Below are positions 22,428 to 34,794 of a stretch of 64,000 nucleotides of DNA, piece after piece. How positions within the stretch are numbered: position 1 is the stretch's first letter; each line of letters begins with the position of its first letter. Below the pieces are notes generated by a model that worked only from the letters and a program-made list of their open reading frames with translations, was not told where the DNA came from and made no database searches. The position numbers were made by a program, and so were the translations under genes. Origin of the DNA: Takakia lepidozioides (Eukaryota > Plantae > Bryophyta); contig CM060732.1 of the NCBI GenBank assembly GCA_030704615.1, positions 16,988,001 to 17,052,000 on the forward strand, written 5' to 3'.

Positions 22428-25400
22428 TAATTCTCGCACACAACTGTACTCATCCCTTTGATTGATTGTACATGTATATGCATGTAGCTTATTTCTATGG
22501 TTGATCAATAAAAAAAATCCATGAAAAAAATCCTTTGGAGGTGTGGTGATCTAGGAATGATTCTAGTGAAGTTGTGACTCGAAAAGTGACTCTAGGATTG
22601 TTGAGTTTTTTTACGAGGGCAAGAATATTGGAAGACATGGTTCTTGTTCTACAAGTGCTGACCAACACTTACCCCCGGAAACCCTTCAATCAATTTGGTT
22701 ATCATGATCTCGATGCAATAGAATGAATCTTCGAAATTGGTGTGAAAGACAACAATGTTACTAATTGGCTTCTTGTAGAAATGATTTTTCAAGACCTGCA
22801 CTTATTCGTATTATCTGTGGTTCTTCCACTGTTCCCAGATTCACTTGAATCAATTGTGTTTCTTTCGTCACTGTCCATCTTGCAATCTCCTGTCCGATGG
22901 TCGCAATCGTGGCAAGTACTTCACTGATGCTAATATCCTCTTCTCTTTCTTGATAAAAACGGGCAGGGTGTTGAGGTGTGTCCATAGCTTCTTCCTCAGG
23001 ATCTTCTCGTACTGGAGTACTCGTTTCTCCTTGGGTGTTCACCATGTGACATCCTACTGTTATGGTATTTTTGACCACTAATTGACCAATGGGTTCTAAC
23101 TGTGGATGTGTTGCATACACTGTGGCTTCTTCTTCATCCGACAGTCCACTGGACCAGTCATACTCTTCCACTATGCAAGGTTGTTTCTCTCGTGGAATTA
23201 TACCTCGTTGCTTCGTGGTGATAGTGACTTGTTCTGATCCCTTTTTTTATCGTGAGAGTCTGACTTCCCCAATCGTGGTATGTTGTGTTAACCATGGTCG
23301 ACCAAGTAGTAGCGAATATCCTTCTGCCACATCCTCCATTCTGAGAATGGTTACTGATACTTCGTTTACCAGTCCTGCTACTTCCATTGCAAGTCGTCTA
23401 ATGATACCGAACGGCTGTACTTTTCGTTGATTGGCCATTCGTGCTGTGAATGGAGCAGGTTCCATGTGCCCCAATCCTAGTGATTTCTTCATCCTTTCTG
23501 TCCGTCCAATACGTACTTGTATTACTGGTATTGCATCGTCATAGTCTAGAGCTCGTTGTATATTTGTGGGTTTAATCGTGTAAACCTCTGGTGTTGGTTT
23601 TTGTTTTGGTGTAGGGGTCAAAGCCTCAATTGCCCGAAATAAAATTTTCTTGCAGTGTGGAGCAATTTTTAATAATTGTCCAATGGTAATTTGGGTCTTG
23701 GTCTGGCATATTACTTCAGTCAATGCTGTCTCTGTGGTTTCATTCATGGTCTTCGTCGTTGTCTGATCTGATTATCTGGAGTTGGATCTCCAGAAGGTAT
23801 ATGAGTTCCTTCTTGCATTTGAGCTATGGCCTTGCTTACCTCCTAGTGTAAGCTCTTTTCTTCTTGCCATGCTGCACTTTCCGGATATTGTTTCCGTTCT
23901 TCTTCAGATTCCTTATCTGGAGGTTTCTGTTTCTTGGCCTGAGTTCGGGTTACCGCAAGGGTATCCACTACAGGGGTTACCACACTCATGGCTACACTCG
24001 GTCCGGCTTCCATATTTCCCAATTCTACCTCATGCTTGAGTCTCAACTGGCATTCGTGTTTCCAGTGTTCCTCTTTCTTGCAATACTGGCATCTCGTGGT
24101 TTCCTTGTTTCTGGGTTGATGTTCTCTATCCCGTGGTGGATAGTCATCTCGTGGCCTCTGATAACGATTACCCGTATTGTATCGTCTTGGTCCATCCGAT
24201 CCTCCCCGTCGGACTTGGACTTGGTGTACCCCCACCTCTCGTGTGTACCCACTCTTCTTGGCCCGTTGATTGTAAATACAATGGCTGGTATTATGATTGT
24301 TCATATAACAAATATCACAATATTTTGTCTTTCATATGGCATTCCGTTGCTAGGTGTCCAGCGGTCCCGCATTTATGACACCATGTTTCCTTTCTTGACC
24401 CTTCCGTTTTAAAATTCTTGAGACCCTCTGCTATCTTCTGGTCCAGGGTGGTTTTATCAATCACCTCATTTTTCTTTGGTTTGGGTTTTTCCTCATCATC
24501 AGAGTCTTCCTCTTCCAGGGTGTCTTTGGAATCCTTGTTTTTGCTCTGGTGGAACCCAAGTTCCAATTTCTTTGCAGTTGCTACAGCTTCAGCCAAAGTG
24601 TTGTTGGGTAAAGACTGTAACCATAGTTACATACTCAGGACGAAGTCCATTGACAAACCATGACTTCTGTAAGTCATCCCTTGGTGCTTGGTTTAACTTC
24701 CTGACCGGAGTTTTCATCCTCTCCAGGTAGTCAACTACCAATTCTTTTTTTTTCTGTCTCAGATTCTGTAATCCTGAAAAGATTTCAGATGTGGATTTGT
24801 TGGAACGATATCGTTCTTGAAAGGCTGCTTTCATGTCGTCCCAGGTTGCGAAACGATTGACTGGGAACGTTGCCAACCATTCCATGCCCTTCCTGGTTAG
24901 TGAACAAGGAAATAATCGGATCATTTCCTGATCCATGGCCTCATTGTAAATAATGCACATGTTCTCAAATTGATGAAGATGGATATCTGGATCAGATTTC
25001 CCATCATACAGAGGAAATGGTGGTCGGGTTTTGTTTGCTGCTAGAGCCATCGGTGCTGCTGGTGCAACTGGTGCTGCAGTTTGTCCAAACTGAAACGGTC
25101 CAGCTGCTATTGATGGTGTTGGTGTTGGGACTGTCACTACTAAGGGTGTTGCTGGTGTTTGTCTTCCAAACAGAGATTCGAAACTCGGAGGTCCTTGTCC
25201 CAAACAGCTGTTGTCCCTACTAAGCTTAATGAATCTTTAAAAGCTTTGAGTGCGGTTCTGGTTATCCTTTCTAAAGAAGCAGTTTCACTTCTCTCACCTT
25301 CTTCACTCAGAATATTCTCAAACTTTTCTTCCAATATTTCAGCAAAACCTCGATTTGGACTTGTTACTGTAGAAGGTCCTTCAGATCTTTCTTGTGGTAA

Positions 25401-25795
25401 CCATTTGCCAAGTGCATTACTTGCAACTCCTTCTGGTGTAGTGTTCTCACTTTCCGGAGATCTGATTTCATGATCTTCTAGTTTATCACTGTCAATTTGT
25501 CTTGATGCCTCTCCTTGAATAATATTCAAGTTCTGTAATTCCGGGAACTCTTTTCTCAAACGAGCTTTTTTTTCTGCAGCATATTTCTCTATTTTTTCAG
25601 CTCTGTCTTGCTTAGTTTTTTCTTCCTCATTCATTCCCACATCATATATAGAATTCCTTTTCAGCACCCTTTAATAAGCCTTGGTATGTCAGTAAAGAAA
25701 ATTATAGTGGTCTCTACCCTTTATCCAAGATTACACCATCCTGCCAGAATCTGTATTACGACTTAATTTTCTTTTACTGATTGATCACCAATCTT

Positions 25796-26236
25796 TTAAT
25801 GGGCACAATAATACCATTTGTCTTTCTCAGTGTATCTGACTTGTAACAAGTCTTTGAGTATCCAGTACTCTACTGCTTCTATGATCATATGACAATATTC
25901 ATAATTTGAACATCCTTCCCTGAAGATATAATTAGTATAACAAACTTTTCTGATTGGTAATAGAGTAATCAATAAAGCTAGACGAGACAGCCACTCCTCA
26001 CTTCTGATTCTACATTCCCAAGGTGCTCGTGCAATACTGATCACTCCTCCCTCTAATCCCCATTTGTCATCTTCTTTCGCAATTGAAATAAAGATCTTCT
26101 GTTGTATTGCTACTGGTAAGCCACGAAATTTTCCCAGGAATGCTTTCCATTCCTTTGCTTCCATTGACTCGTTCTTTCGTGATTTCAAGAAATCACTGAG
26201 TAGCCATCCTTCCTTGAGGTCTCTGGAACTCAACAT
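25796..26236 (-). CDS. Extra 146-aa ORF between PBS and gag of the retrotransposon
   Basis: Uninterrupted ORF MLSSRDLKEGW...YYCAH starting just downstream of the PBS. No recognisable domain. Confidence 0.45.
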   Translation of the reverse strand: MLSSRDLKEGWLLSDFLKSRKNESMEAKEWKAFLGKFRGLPVAIQQKIFISIAKEDDKWGLEGGVISIARAPWECRIRSEEWLSRLALLITLLPIRKVCYTNYIFREGCSNYEYCHMIIEAVEYWILKDLLQVRYTEKDKWYYCAH

Positions 26237-26246
26237 ACCGTTAGTC

Positions 26247-26265
26247 CCCAACTGTATGGTCGCCA
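26247..26265 (-). promoter_or_regulatory. Primer-binding site (TGGCGACC..., tRNA-Arg-like)
   Basis: On the - strand, ...TTTAACA TT TGGCGACCATACAGTTGGG: LTR end CA, 2-nt spacer, then TGG. Confidence 0.75.
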
Positions 26266-26267
26266 AA

Positions 26268-27045
26268 TGTTAAACGTTGGTTTATGACTTAGACAAAACA
26301 GGCTCTCAGCACTACTGCCCATTTCCCAAGACATGCAATAGAGGTTGTCCGACGGTATGCCTTCAGAAACGATTACAGAGTAATTGTTATACGGATAGCT
26401 AAACCATGGCAGTCGTATGAATCAACATCTCTGCAGGTTCCTTAATCCTACTGATTAAGCCCAACCTGCAGTCTCATTCGCCTAAAAGGTCTTAGTCGGA
26501 AAGGCTGAAGTCTCTTGTTCGTACAGTCAAACAGTATTCTAGACAAAGAAGAGCTATTATGAGATGATGCACATTCTCATTATTTCACGTTCTCACATAA
26601 TGCATATTCTCTCCATCTCACAATCACTCTACGCAGAGATGCTTGGAATAGCATGGCTTTATTTCAGAGTCATCACATCATAACACAAGTACACATCGAA
26701 TCACTCTGATTCCATTGGATACACACTGATACCTTCTAAGTTGCGTGCAACCCTTTTATACTATGCTCGAAAGAGCCGTTACAGCCTGCGGTCGTAAATG
26801 ATCGTTGCCTAACTGCCTACGCAACCTAAAGGGTTTGCCAAAAAAGTGGCCCGTGGTCGTAGTCGTGTGCCTTAGTGGTACACGGCCCATGGTCCCTCAC
26901 TACTCCTTCTACTAGAAAAGCCTATGCTACCGTGGCCTTGTGATATCGTGGTTCACGGCCCATGGCTGCTACACTACCCACTACTGCTCCCGGTGGTAGT
27001 GTGTCCCGTGCTTCGCTACTACTAAATGTAGTGTGAAGTAAATCA
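26268..27045 (-). repeat. 5' LTR, ~780 bp
   Basis: Ends in ...TAACA before the PBS. TATAAAAGGG box at ~26751-26760 (-). The outer TG is placed at 27045 because PI4K exon sequence begins immediately beyond; this boundary is less certain. Confidence 0.65.
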
Positions 27046-27781
27046 CTGCCCGCCATATACCCCCAGGATCTCCCATGTGGGAAACAGAGAAGTCATCAGC
27101 CAAGCCACCGTTACCCAAATCCTCCCTTTTCCATATGGGGACAGGAGTTTACCGTGCAACCCTAGACTTTGTACAGTCGCTTTGTGATACATCTTGGGGC
27201 TTGGTGGATGTCTTTCCCATGGAAGACCGCCGACTCGCACTTCAGGAGGTAAGGATCTTCCTTCTTTCAACGAGTTTCTGGCAACCTTGACAACGGTTGT
27301 TAGAGATTAACCAGACAAGTTGAAGGATGGATAATGTTACAGGGGTTGAGAATGACATTGTCTTCGACAATTAAGCTCCTCAAGAAGGGGCCTGATGTAT
27401 ATACTGGTCTCACAGAGCACTGCAACAATTTTCTCTTGATCAAATCAGGGGTTTGCGTGAAAGAAAGTGATATTGGTGTTAAGTTAGTGTTGTGTGGATA
27501 GATCAATGTTTGTAGAGAGGATGATGAGCCTTATTTAAACTTGTGAACATGAAGTTTTCTCTGTCAATGCAGTGTGAATCTATGATTGTGAAAAGTTGGT
27601 GCATGACAGTCTCTTGCGGAGCTTAATCAACATCTCATTGCTGCAGAAAGTGATGGAGGTAGGGTTTCTTGGAGCTTGGGATCACAAGATATGTTTGGTG
27701 CTCTCCGTACCCTCAAAGGAAATTTTTCTCAAGAAAATTTGCATTAATTCTATTCAAGATGCTTTAGATTTCTGGACTTAC

Positions 27782-29806
27782 AGAGCGTAGATCCCAATCG
27801 GGGTTTATGCTCCACTTAGAAGCCTTGCGGATCCTTTCCCTCTTGTCTTCCCAAAGCTCACCAGCAAGTGCATCAGTGGCCTTGGCATTCACACCCACTC
27901 TTTCCGGTATTGATGACACTCACATCAGTTGATTGAGATGGTGTGTTTGGATTTTCACTTGGAAGGGCACAACACATCAATTCTGTAGTATTTGACCCTC
28001 CTGCCTCAGAAAAGCAGGAACTTTCAAGAACAGAGGTAGCACAGATGAAAAGAAAGGAAAGAAAGCACATGTACTGACCTGTGGTTGCAAAACCGAGGGT
28101 GCTGTGTGACTCTTCTTAACAGGACAACCAGGTGGCGCTTCTCCCTCAGCTACTGCAGCCTGGAACCAGATCAACATACAAGCCCTCAGGTAGGCACTTC
28201 ATAGTCTAAGAAGGATAAATACTTACCCAGCTCACTTGGGATCTGAACGTATCAAATGTAAGCCTATGCGTTAAGGTCTTCTATTCATCTTTAGTACTTA
28301 ACGTGTTCTGGAATCTACGACCCATGTAGACTTTTATAGATGCCTACATAATGTAAGTGTGTGTGTATGTTTAATTCACTGGCCGCAGTGTCGCCATTAC
28401 ACATCTTCGTGAAGCAGGAGACCTTCCACAAGATTAGCTTTCCAGATGAGAAGATTATCCTTGGTTAATACTTACTTCAACGTCAGCCAAGGCTATTGTA
28501 CTCGGGACTCTCGGTTTCTTCCAGCTGGCTGCTCCTCTTCTATGTCTTCCATATTCAGCCCTGGCACTGCTGACAGCAAGACAGTCACCCATCCCTCTAT
28601 ATCCACGTCATCATTTCCCCCTCGGGTCATGCTCCCTGAGATCTCCTCAGTTTGACAAGCAATCACTGTCAGAAGGGTCAAGATGCTGTCCATCCATCCA
28701 TCCATCTCGTGCTGCTGAGTTGCTTCGACTCATCAAGTGTAGAGGATCTTCCTTCCCCTAATGGAGGCTCCTCCACATCAGACTTGCCTATATTACAATG
28801 AAATGAATTTCCACTACTCCCTAAGCCTTCCTCAATGTGGGCACCTTTACAATCTCTCTCAGGACAGCTTCCACCCACAGCACTGAAACCTCCTGCATTG
28901 GAATCCCTGCTCAAACAGTCAAGCGGCTGCTCATTCCCAGTCTGAACTTCATTCCCAAGCTTTGTATCTCTCTCTTGACCACATGCATTAATTTCCTCTG
29001 GATTTTGTTGCTTTCATGGCTGGATTGAAAAGCCTACATCAACCACCTTTAGTTTAGCCTCCCAGAGATGTGCCATGGCTAGATCAATCGCCTTTGAAGC
29101 TGAACCGACAAGTTGCCGAGTGTCAGGCTGTTGGGCATAAGGTTGGCTCCCAGTCGGATAAGCCCAGGCGGGTAATTGGTGCAACTGGGTGTTACCAATG
29201 GCAAGTGGTATCCCCCCTTTGGCTAGCTTTGTTGCCATGCCTGCTTCTCTCTGATCCTTGTCTTGGCTGCTGCAAAGGTCACAAAAAATCATTTTTAGAG
29301 CCAGCTTCATCAAAGAGATCCCTTCAGGAAATCAGGAGGAAACAAATTGATGACTAGAGGGTCCAAGCATGTGACACCACTGTTCCGCACATTGACCTGC
29401 AGTCATAGCATTGGTCTCTGAATGAACATTGAGTTCAAGGCAATGAAAGAAATAACCTTAAATACACATCTTTTCATCTGCCCATGTTCAACTGTTCAGA
29501 CTAAAGTTGAACATTGAAGATGTTACAGAAGTGTGAGATTCCACTTGTGACTCATTCTATGGCCTTCTCACCATGTTTGGTGTGGGTGACTGCGCATGAG
29601 GGGTGCCATTAATCACAACAGACAGACAGATATTCATTTTGAAGACGGACAGATGAAGATTGCCATAAGAACAAACCTCTGATGTTCACATTTTAAGACA
29701 ACCCATGTAAGGAATGGTGCTTTCTCCCTTGAATTCAGTAGAACAGCTTCATTTTCTGGGATATGCACAATTTGGTACAAGCCCCTTCCCATAGGAAAGC
29801 AAACCC
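27782..29806 (-). pseudogene. Inverted block of PI4Kbeta middle exons
   Basis: On the - strand in correct protein order: GVCFPMGRG..EAVLLNSREKAPF; KLAKGGIPLA..AIDLAM..WVTVLLSAVPGLNMEDI; AAVAEGEAPPG; DALAGELWEDKRERIRKAS..WDLRS. Confidence 0.9.
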
Positions 29807-30207
29807 CTGCTCCACATGTACATGTGCCAACCACAAGCTTGAATCCAATCACAGAAATTTCATAAAATGAGTGAAATAGAGTATGACTTATTTGGTAGGT
29901 TCACTTGTATATATTGTGGTCTTACAGGAAATAACTTCAGAGCCTGGAGGACAGTGCATGGGTGCTGACAAGTTTGTCCACTTGCAACTGAGAGAAAATT
30001 GGCTTGGCAGAAGAGGGATGCACTTGTGAATCATGCTTCACACTTAAAACACAATTGCACCAACATGTACAGTGGGACACAACCCAACCTGGTTGCTTGG
30101 CAACCATCATAAAGAGCTGTGAAAGCCCCTCGCAGTCAATGGCTTCCCTTGACAAGATTGAGTTCTACTTTGGCAAGTCCTTAAGTTGAGTGTGGTTTAG
30201 TATATGT

Positions 30208-30745
30208 AGAATGTACTCATGAGACATTGTTTGCCATAGCCTTGCGGCCATAGACCCAGTGGAGTTTGGTGGAACAAATGGGAACAGACAGATTTACCTT
30301 GATATAAAAAATTACTTTGGGAATTTCCAGATTTCCTCTAGAAAGCACTTCACACAAGCATCAATCTGCTGTGTGTGAGCTTCCCAGCAATTAGACCCCA
30401 ACAGACCCAGGGCTTTAGGCTCAGCCTCCAGATCTTGAAAGTTTGTGAACAGAGGTGCAGGGCCTATGTTCTTGATGGTCCTGAAGAGGGTTGCTCTCTG
30501 ATGAGATTACCCCAGACATTGTCGCAGAAAATGGATGTAGTCTCCAGGCCATCGGGCATTGACAATCTCCCTTTCCTCTCTGCATCTGTTTAAAGTTCAA
30601 AGACTCCCCTGAGTTTAAATTTCCCCACCCTGATGTAAGTTTCAGTCTAGTGCTGCGTGTAGGTAGGCCCTTCAGATCATCCTTAAGGTCACCCATGTCA
30701 CAAACTGGAAACAATTGCAGGGAAGTTTTATGCCTAATTTTGTTT
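30208..30745 (-). mobile_element. RTE/RTEX-like LINE 3' fragment, copy A
   Basis: FPVCDMG..DDLKGLPT..TRLKL..KQMQRGKGDCQCP. Homologous to 48192-48784 and 62322-62720; shares the 3' end ...ggctatggcaaa..tgtc..atgagtacattct with copy B. Confidence 0.65.
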
Positions 30746-33274
30746 GAGTATACAGAGAGTAGGGTAGGAAGAAAGGTCTTATTGTTAGGCCTGGGGAGAG
30801 AGAAAGAGAAAGGAATGTATTACGTCCACAGGAGACAAAATGGGCTTAAGCGGTAGAACAACATGATAGGACAAAGAAACCAAACCGCAAATCGATTTGT
30901 GTCAGAAACTCTTTATATTGGTTTCCTTTGTGAGCCTGGGCCTTCAGGCAGTGGATATAGTAAGTGCCTGGAGATACTTCCAGCAGATTGGACTTGTTTT
31001 CCATGGCTTTTTCCTTTTGGTCCTTTAGGCTCTTTGGTTGCCCTTGTGACTACTTCGTAGTTTCACTTGGGATTTCAGTGTTTCGTGAAGAGGTTTCCTC
31101 CTGGAAAGAGAGAGAGAGCATCAGGCTTAACTCTGCCCTCTGCCCTTCAACACAGGGGAAGAGGTTCTAAAATTGGAGAAAAATAGAGGCAGACAAGATA
31201 CTTGCATGTGCATTTGTATATGTGGCTAATACACTTGTGCATTATCTTGTAGATGATTGTGAAGAGTGGGGATGACTGCAGACAGGAGCACCTGGCTGTG
31301 CAACTTATTGCCCAGTTTTATGGTAATAGTCAAACTTCTTTGTTCTATCTTTTTCTGTAATCCCTGGATATGGGCTTCTTTGGTTTGCTGTGAAGTGTAT
31401 GTGTGGCAATGAGGTAGGTACTACCTGAGGTCAAGAGGCCTAACCATTACATACTATCTTTATTGTGGCTCTATGGAAGAGGGACTCCAGTGAGGCTTTG
31501 TCCTGATGATATGGACACTGTTTACACGTTAACACCACTTTAACGGGGTGAAACTTGGTGCAGTCAGAATAAGCGAAGTATTGAGAATCTCTCAATCTGC
31601 CAAGTTTGCCAGGATTCAAAGTGGACCTCACACCATTTAGAAAAAATTTCAATGCAGACATTTTTCAAGAAGGTCTCCCTCTCTGGTTGCGCCCATATGA
31701 GGTTCTAGTCACTTCCTCCCACACAGCATTGATTGAGACCATCTATGACACGGTGAGCACCATTTCCAAAGTGGAAATTTATCTGTAGTTTATGATGGAC
31801 ATATAAATCTATTTGCCAGTTTTAGAGAGTTTTCTTATGCCAGGTTTTGTCCTGAAGCTTTGGTTGAGAACCGACTTCCAAACCAAGGTGTGAGAAAAGG
31901 GGAAATCAATCAGTTTTTCCATCACACTTCATTTTGAGACAGGGTTCCAAAGGCATTAGGTTCGTTGAACCCCGGAATCATGTGTGGTTGGTTTGTGCAG
32001 GCTTCAATCCATTCGATCAAAAGTAGATATGCTAACCTAGCTAACTTGCGGGATATCTTCTGCAAAAAATATGAAGAAGGATCTCCTTCATTCAAGCTTG
32101 CTCAGGTGCATAGTTACTTGCTTGTTTCTGTTCTCTCTAGATGCCAATTCACAAACCCTTGTAACGAGAGACTATATTTTGTGTCACCACAACCTGGACA
32201 CGGGACCTCATCTAGATTGGGAAGATATGTTTGTCATTCCCTAGCAGAAGCTTCAGTTTGGATGACCCAAACTGCTTGGCAGTTTTGGCAGTGTGTCTGA
32301 CGTTTGGGATTTTATTTGTTCTTTGGTTTCAGTTGTTTTACTGTGCTGCTGTCCTGTCCCACGGTACCTCTGGCCTTCTGTTGACGTTATACTTTTCTTC
32401 TTCATATCTCTCCGCCCATCTCACAGTAGTGTCATGGTAGAAGGTAGGGGGATGTAGTAACAATGCAGGAATTGACATTGTGTTTCCTAGCATGAAAGCA
32501 CTGCCAGTCTTCAAACCAAACAATCTACTATGTCTAACTTGATACCAGTTGGCTGTGCACAAGCGCTAAGTATCCATACTTCAGTGGATAAAACCCTAAA
32601 CCCAAAAGGTAGCACTACAGCCCCAAGAGTTCATAGCCAATGGTTGTGGGTAATATCTCCCTATACTTGTATGATCTCTGCAGGATTCCATTGCAGATAA
32701 AATAGGCTGGAGATTGTCATTGGCTTGTGTACTTCTTGCCTCTTCTCAAAGTATTACATCCTAGAGGAAGTTAAGTGAGCAGTTTTGGGTGTTGCAGAGA
32801 AACTTTGTGGAGAGCATGGCAGGCTATTCCATTTTGTGTTATTTCCTTCAGGTATCACTGGGTCTTCCCCTTTCATTCCTTGCATGGTGCTCTTCAATTT
32901 TGGAGGGGTTGGATAGTATCCAACATAACATTGTTAGTTGTGAGATCAATCCTAATCAGAACATGAAGGATTGATCCAATTGTGCACACCTCTATCAGTC
33001 AATCATAAAGGAGTACTTACTTGGCAGAGCTCCACATCCTGTGGGAATGCAATTGGCTACTGGAAAGTTAGTGTGGAGGACGAGCTTGTTCCGGATGAGA
33101 AGAGGATTTAATTAGGAGTTGGTTTATCCATTGGATAAGAATCTAGTGCCATTGTTTTCCTGAAGAGGAAGCAAGAAGTTTTTGTGGCTGCCATTGTGAT
33201 TGGCAGGACTAAAACTTTGTTACAAGAACCATGTCAATCAGTACTACATCGTTCATGCATGTATGTGTGTATGA

Positions 33275-33535
<261 letters not shown>

Positions 33536-34794
33536 TAGTCTTCAGCAAATGAAATTTAATTTCGTCTTGGGCAGTTGTCAAATTGGAATCTCTGGTAGGT
33601 CAATGCCGGTTCTGTGGGGGCAGATGTTGTGCATACAAGGTTTCTTGACATGCCGGAAGCATGCAGAGCGTATTATCTTACTCGTGGGGATAATGCAGGT
33701 ATCTAACCACCTCCATTGTTGCATGGCATCCTTCTCCTTTTACTTGAGTTGGGACTGTTTTATGTATTCAAGTTGTTTGCTCTGACAAGTTCGACAAGGG
33801 TTCAAAAGTGGCTGACTACGTAGTGGCAGGAACAATGGTTGCAGGGTGTGTAGAGTGGATGCATCTTTGTGCGATTCATGACTAGTGAGTTGGGGGTATG
33901 AATCAGGATTCTGGATGCCCGTGTTTCAAGGGAGGTACTCGAACAATCCAACAGCTACGCAAGCGGTTTCATCTGAGTCTCACAGAGGAGGTATTGACTG
34001 CTTCCTTTTCCTTCTCTGTTTGGAAAATCAATCTATCACTGAGTATGACCAAATAATCTCTAACTTCATGTTCTCTGTTGTCTCACTTCAGCAATGCGTA
34101 TCATTAGTGTTGTCACTAATCAGCAGCAGCTTGGACGCATGGGCGACCCGGCAATATGATTACTATCAGTGTGCTGTAAATAAGATTTTATAGCATGCCC
34201 TCATTCATCAGAGGGTGACTGGCTTTCAAGTGGTCCTGCTTCTGATACGTTCGGTTCGTTATTCTCTCTGAAGGCAGGGGTCCCTTATCCCAAGAGCATA
34301 TAGAGGTAATATTCCTTGTTTAGGGAGTTTTACAACTGTTGTATTTTCATTAGTGACCTGGCCATCCAGCATTCAGCAGAAGTATGGCTCTTTCATAAGA
34401 TGGTGCTGTGCTACATTGTTCAAGAAGGATACATCTAGGCTAGGAAGAATAATGCTTTGTTGTTCTTCTTAACCATCTGCCTGCTTTCAAAGTGTTCGCA
34501 AGGCGAAGTATTACAAGTTCCAAGGGAGGTCTTTTCTGATGGTAATGACAGTGCTAACCACATACTCCAGCCGTCACATTGAAGCCTCCTTCAGTTGGTG
34601 TAGAACATCTTGACATGGTTTTAGGCACATGATGACTAATGATCAGAATTGATGGTATGTTTGGTCTCTCTCTGGGATCATGCTGAAGTTTAATGAAGCC
34701 TGCCTTAACGCAGTCAACATATGACAGTGTTGTGGGAATAGAGAGTTATACACTCGTTCTACATTTGAGCCAAAGTCATTTTACAGGTTGATAC

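Larger units (their letters stand above)
11706..22510. mobile_element. CACTA/En-Spm complex 1: one terminus retained, other end lost
   Basis: CACTACTACG at 11706 followed by ~700 bp of gcgac/gtcgc sub-terminal motifs. Contains TnpA-like and TnpD-like coding remnants. Similarity to element 2 stops at ~22510. It may be a composite of more than one element. Confidence 0.75.
22761..27045 (-). mobile_element. Truncated Ty3/gypsy LTR retrotransposon (non-chromovirus, Tat/Ogre-like): 5' LTR, PBS, extra ORF, gag, protease, start of RT linker
   Basis: Gag YDGKSDPDIHL...LFPCSL...W..F..RY; three CX2CX4HX4C knuckles; protease remnant (MANQRKVQPFG...YSLLLGRPWL); LIQVNLGTVEEPQIIRI linker. No RT, RNase H, integrase or 3' LTR. 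Confidence 0.9.

Noticed and set aside
27024-27033. aaatgtagtg as the right-hand CACTA terminus pairing with 11706
   Set aside because: Only CACTAC matches, the flanking trinucleotides differ (ggc versus tga), and the site lies inside the inferred LTR.
27046-27292. Extending the LTR to a TG..CA end at 27292
   Set aside because: 27046-27248 translates as a PI4Kbeta exon, so it is host sequence.
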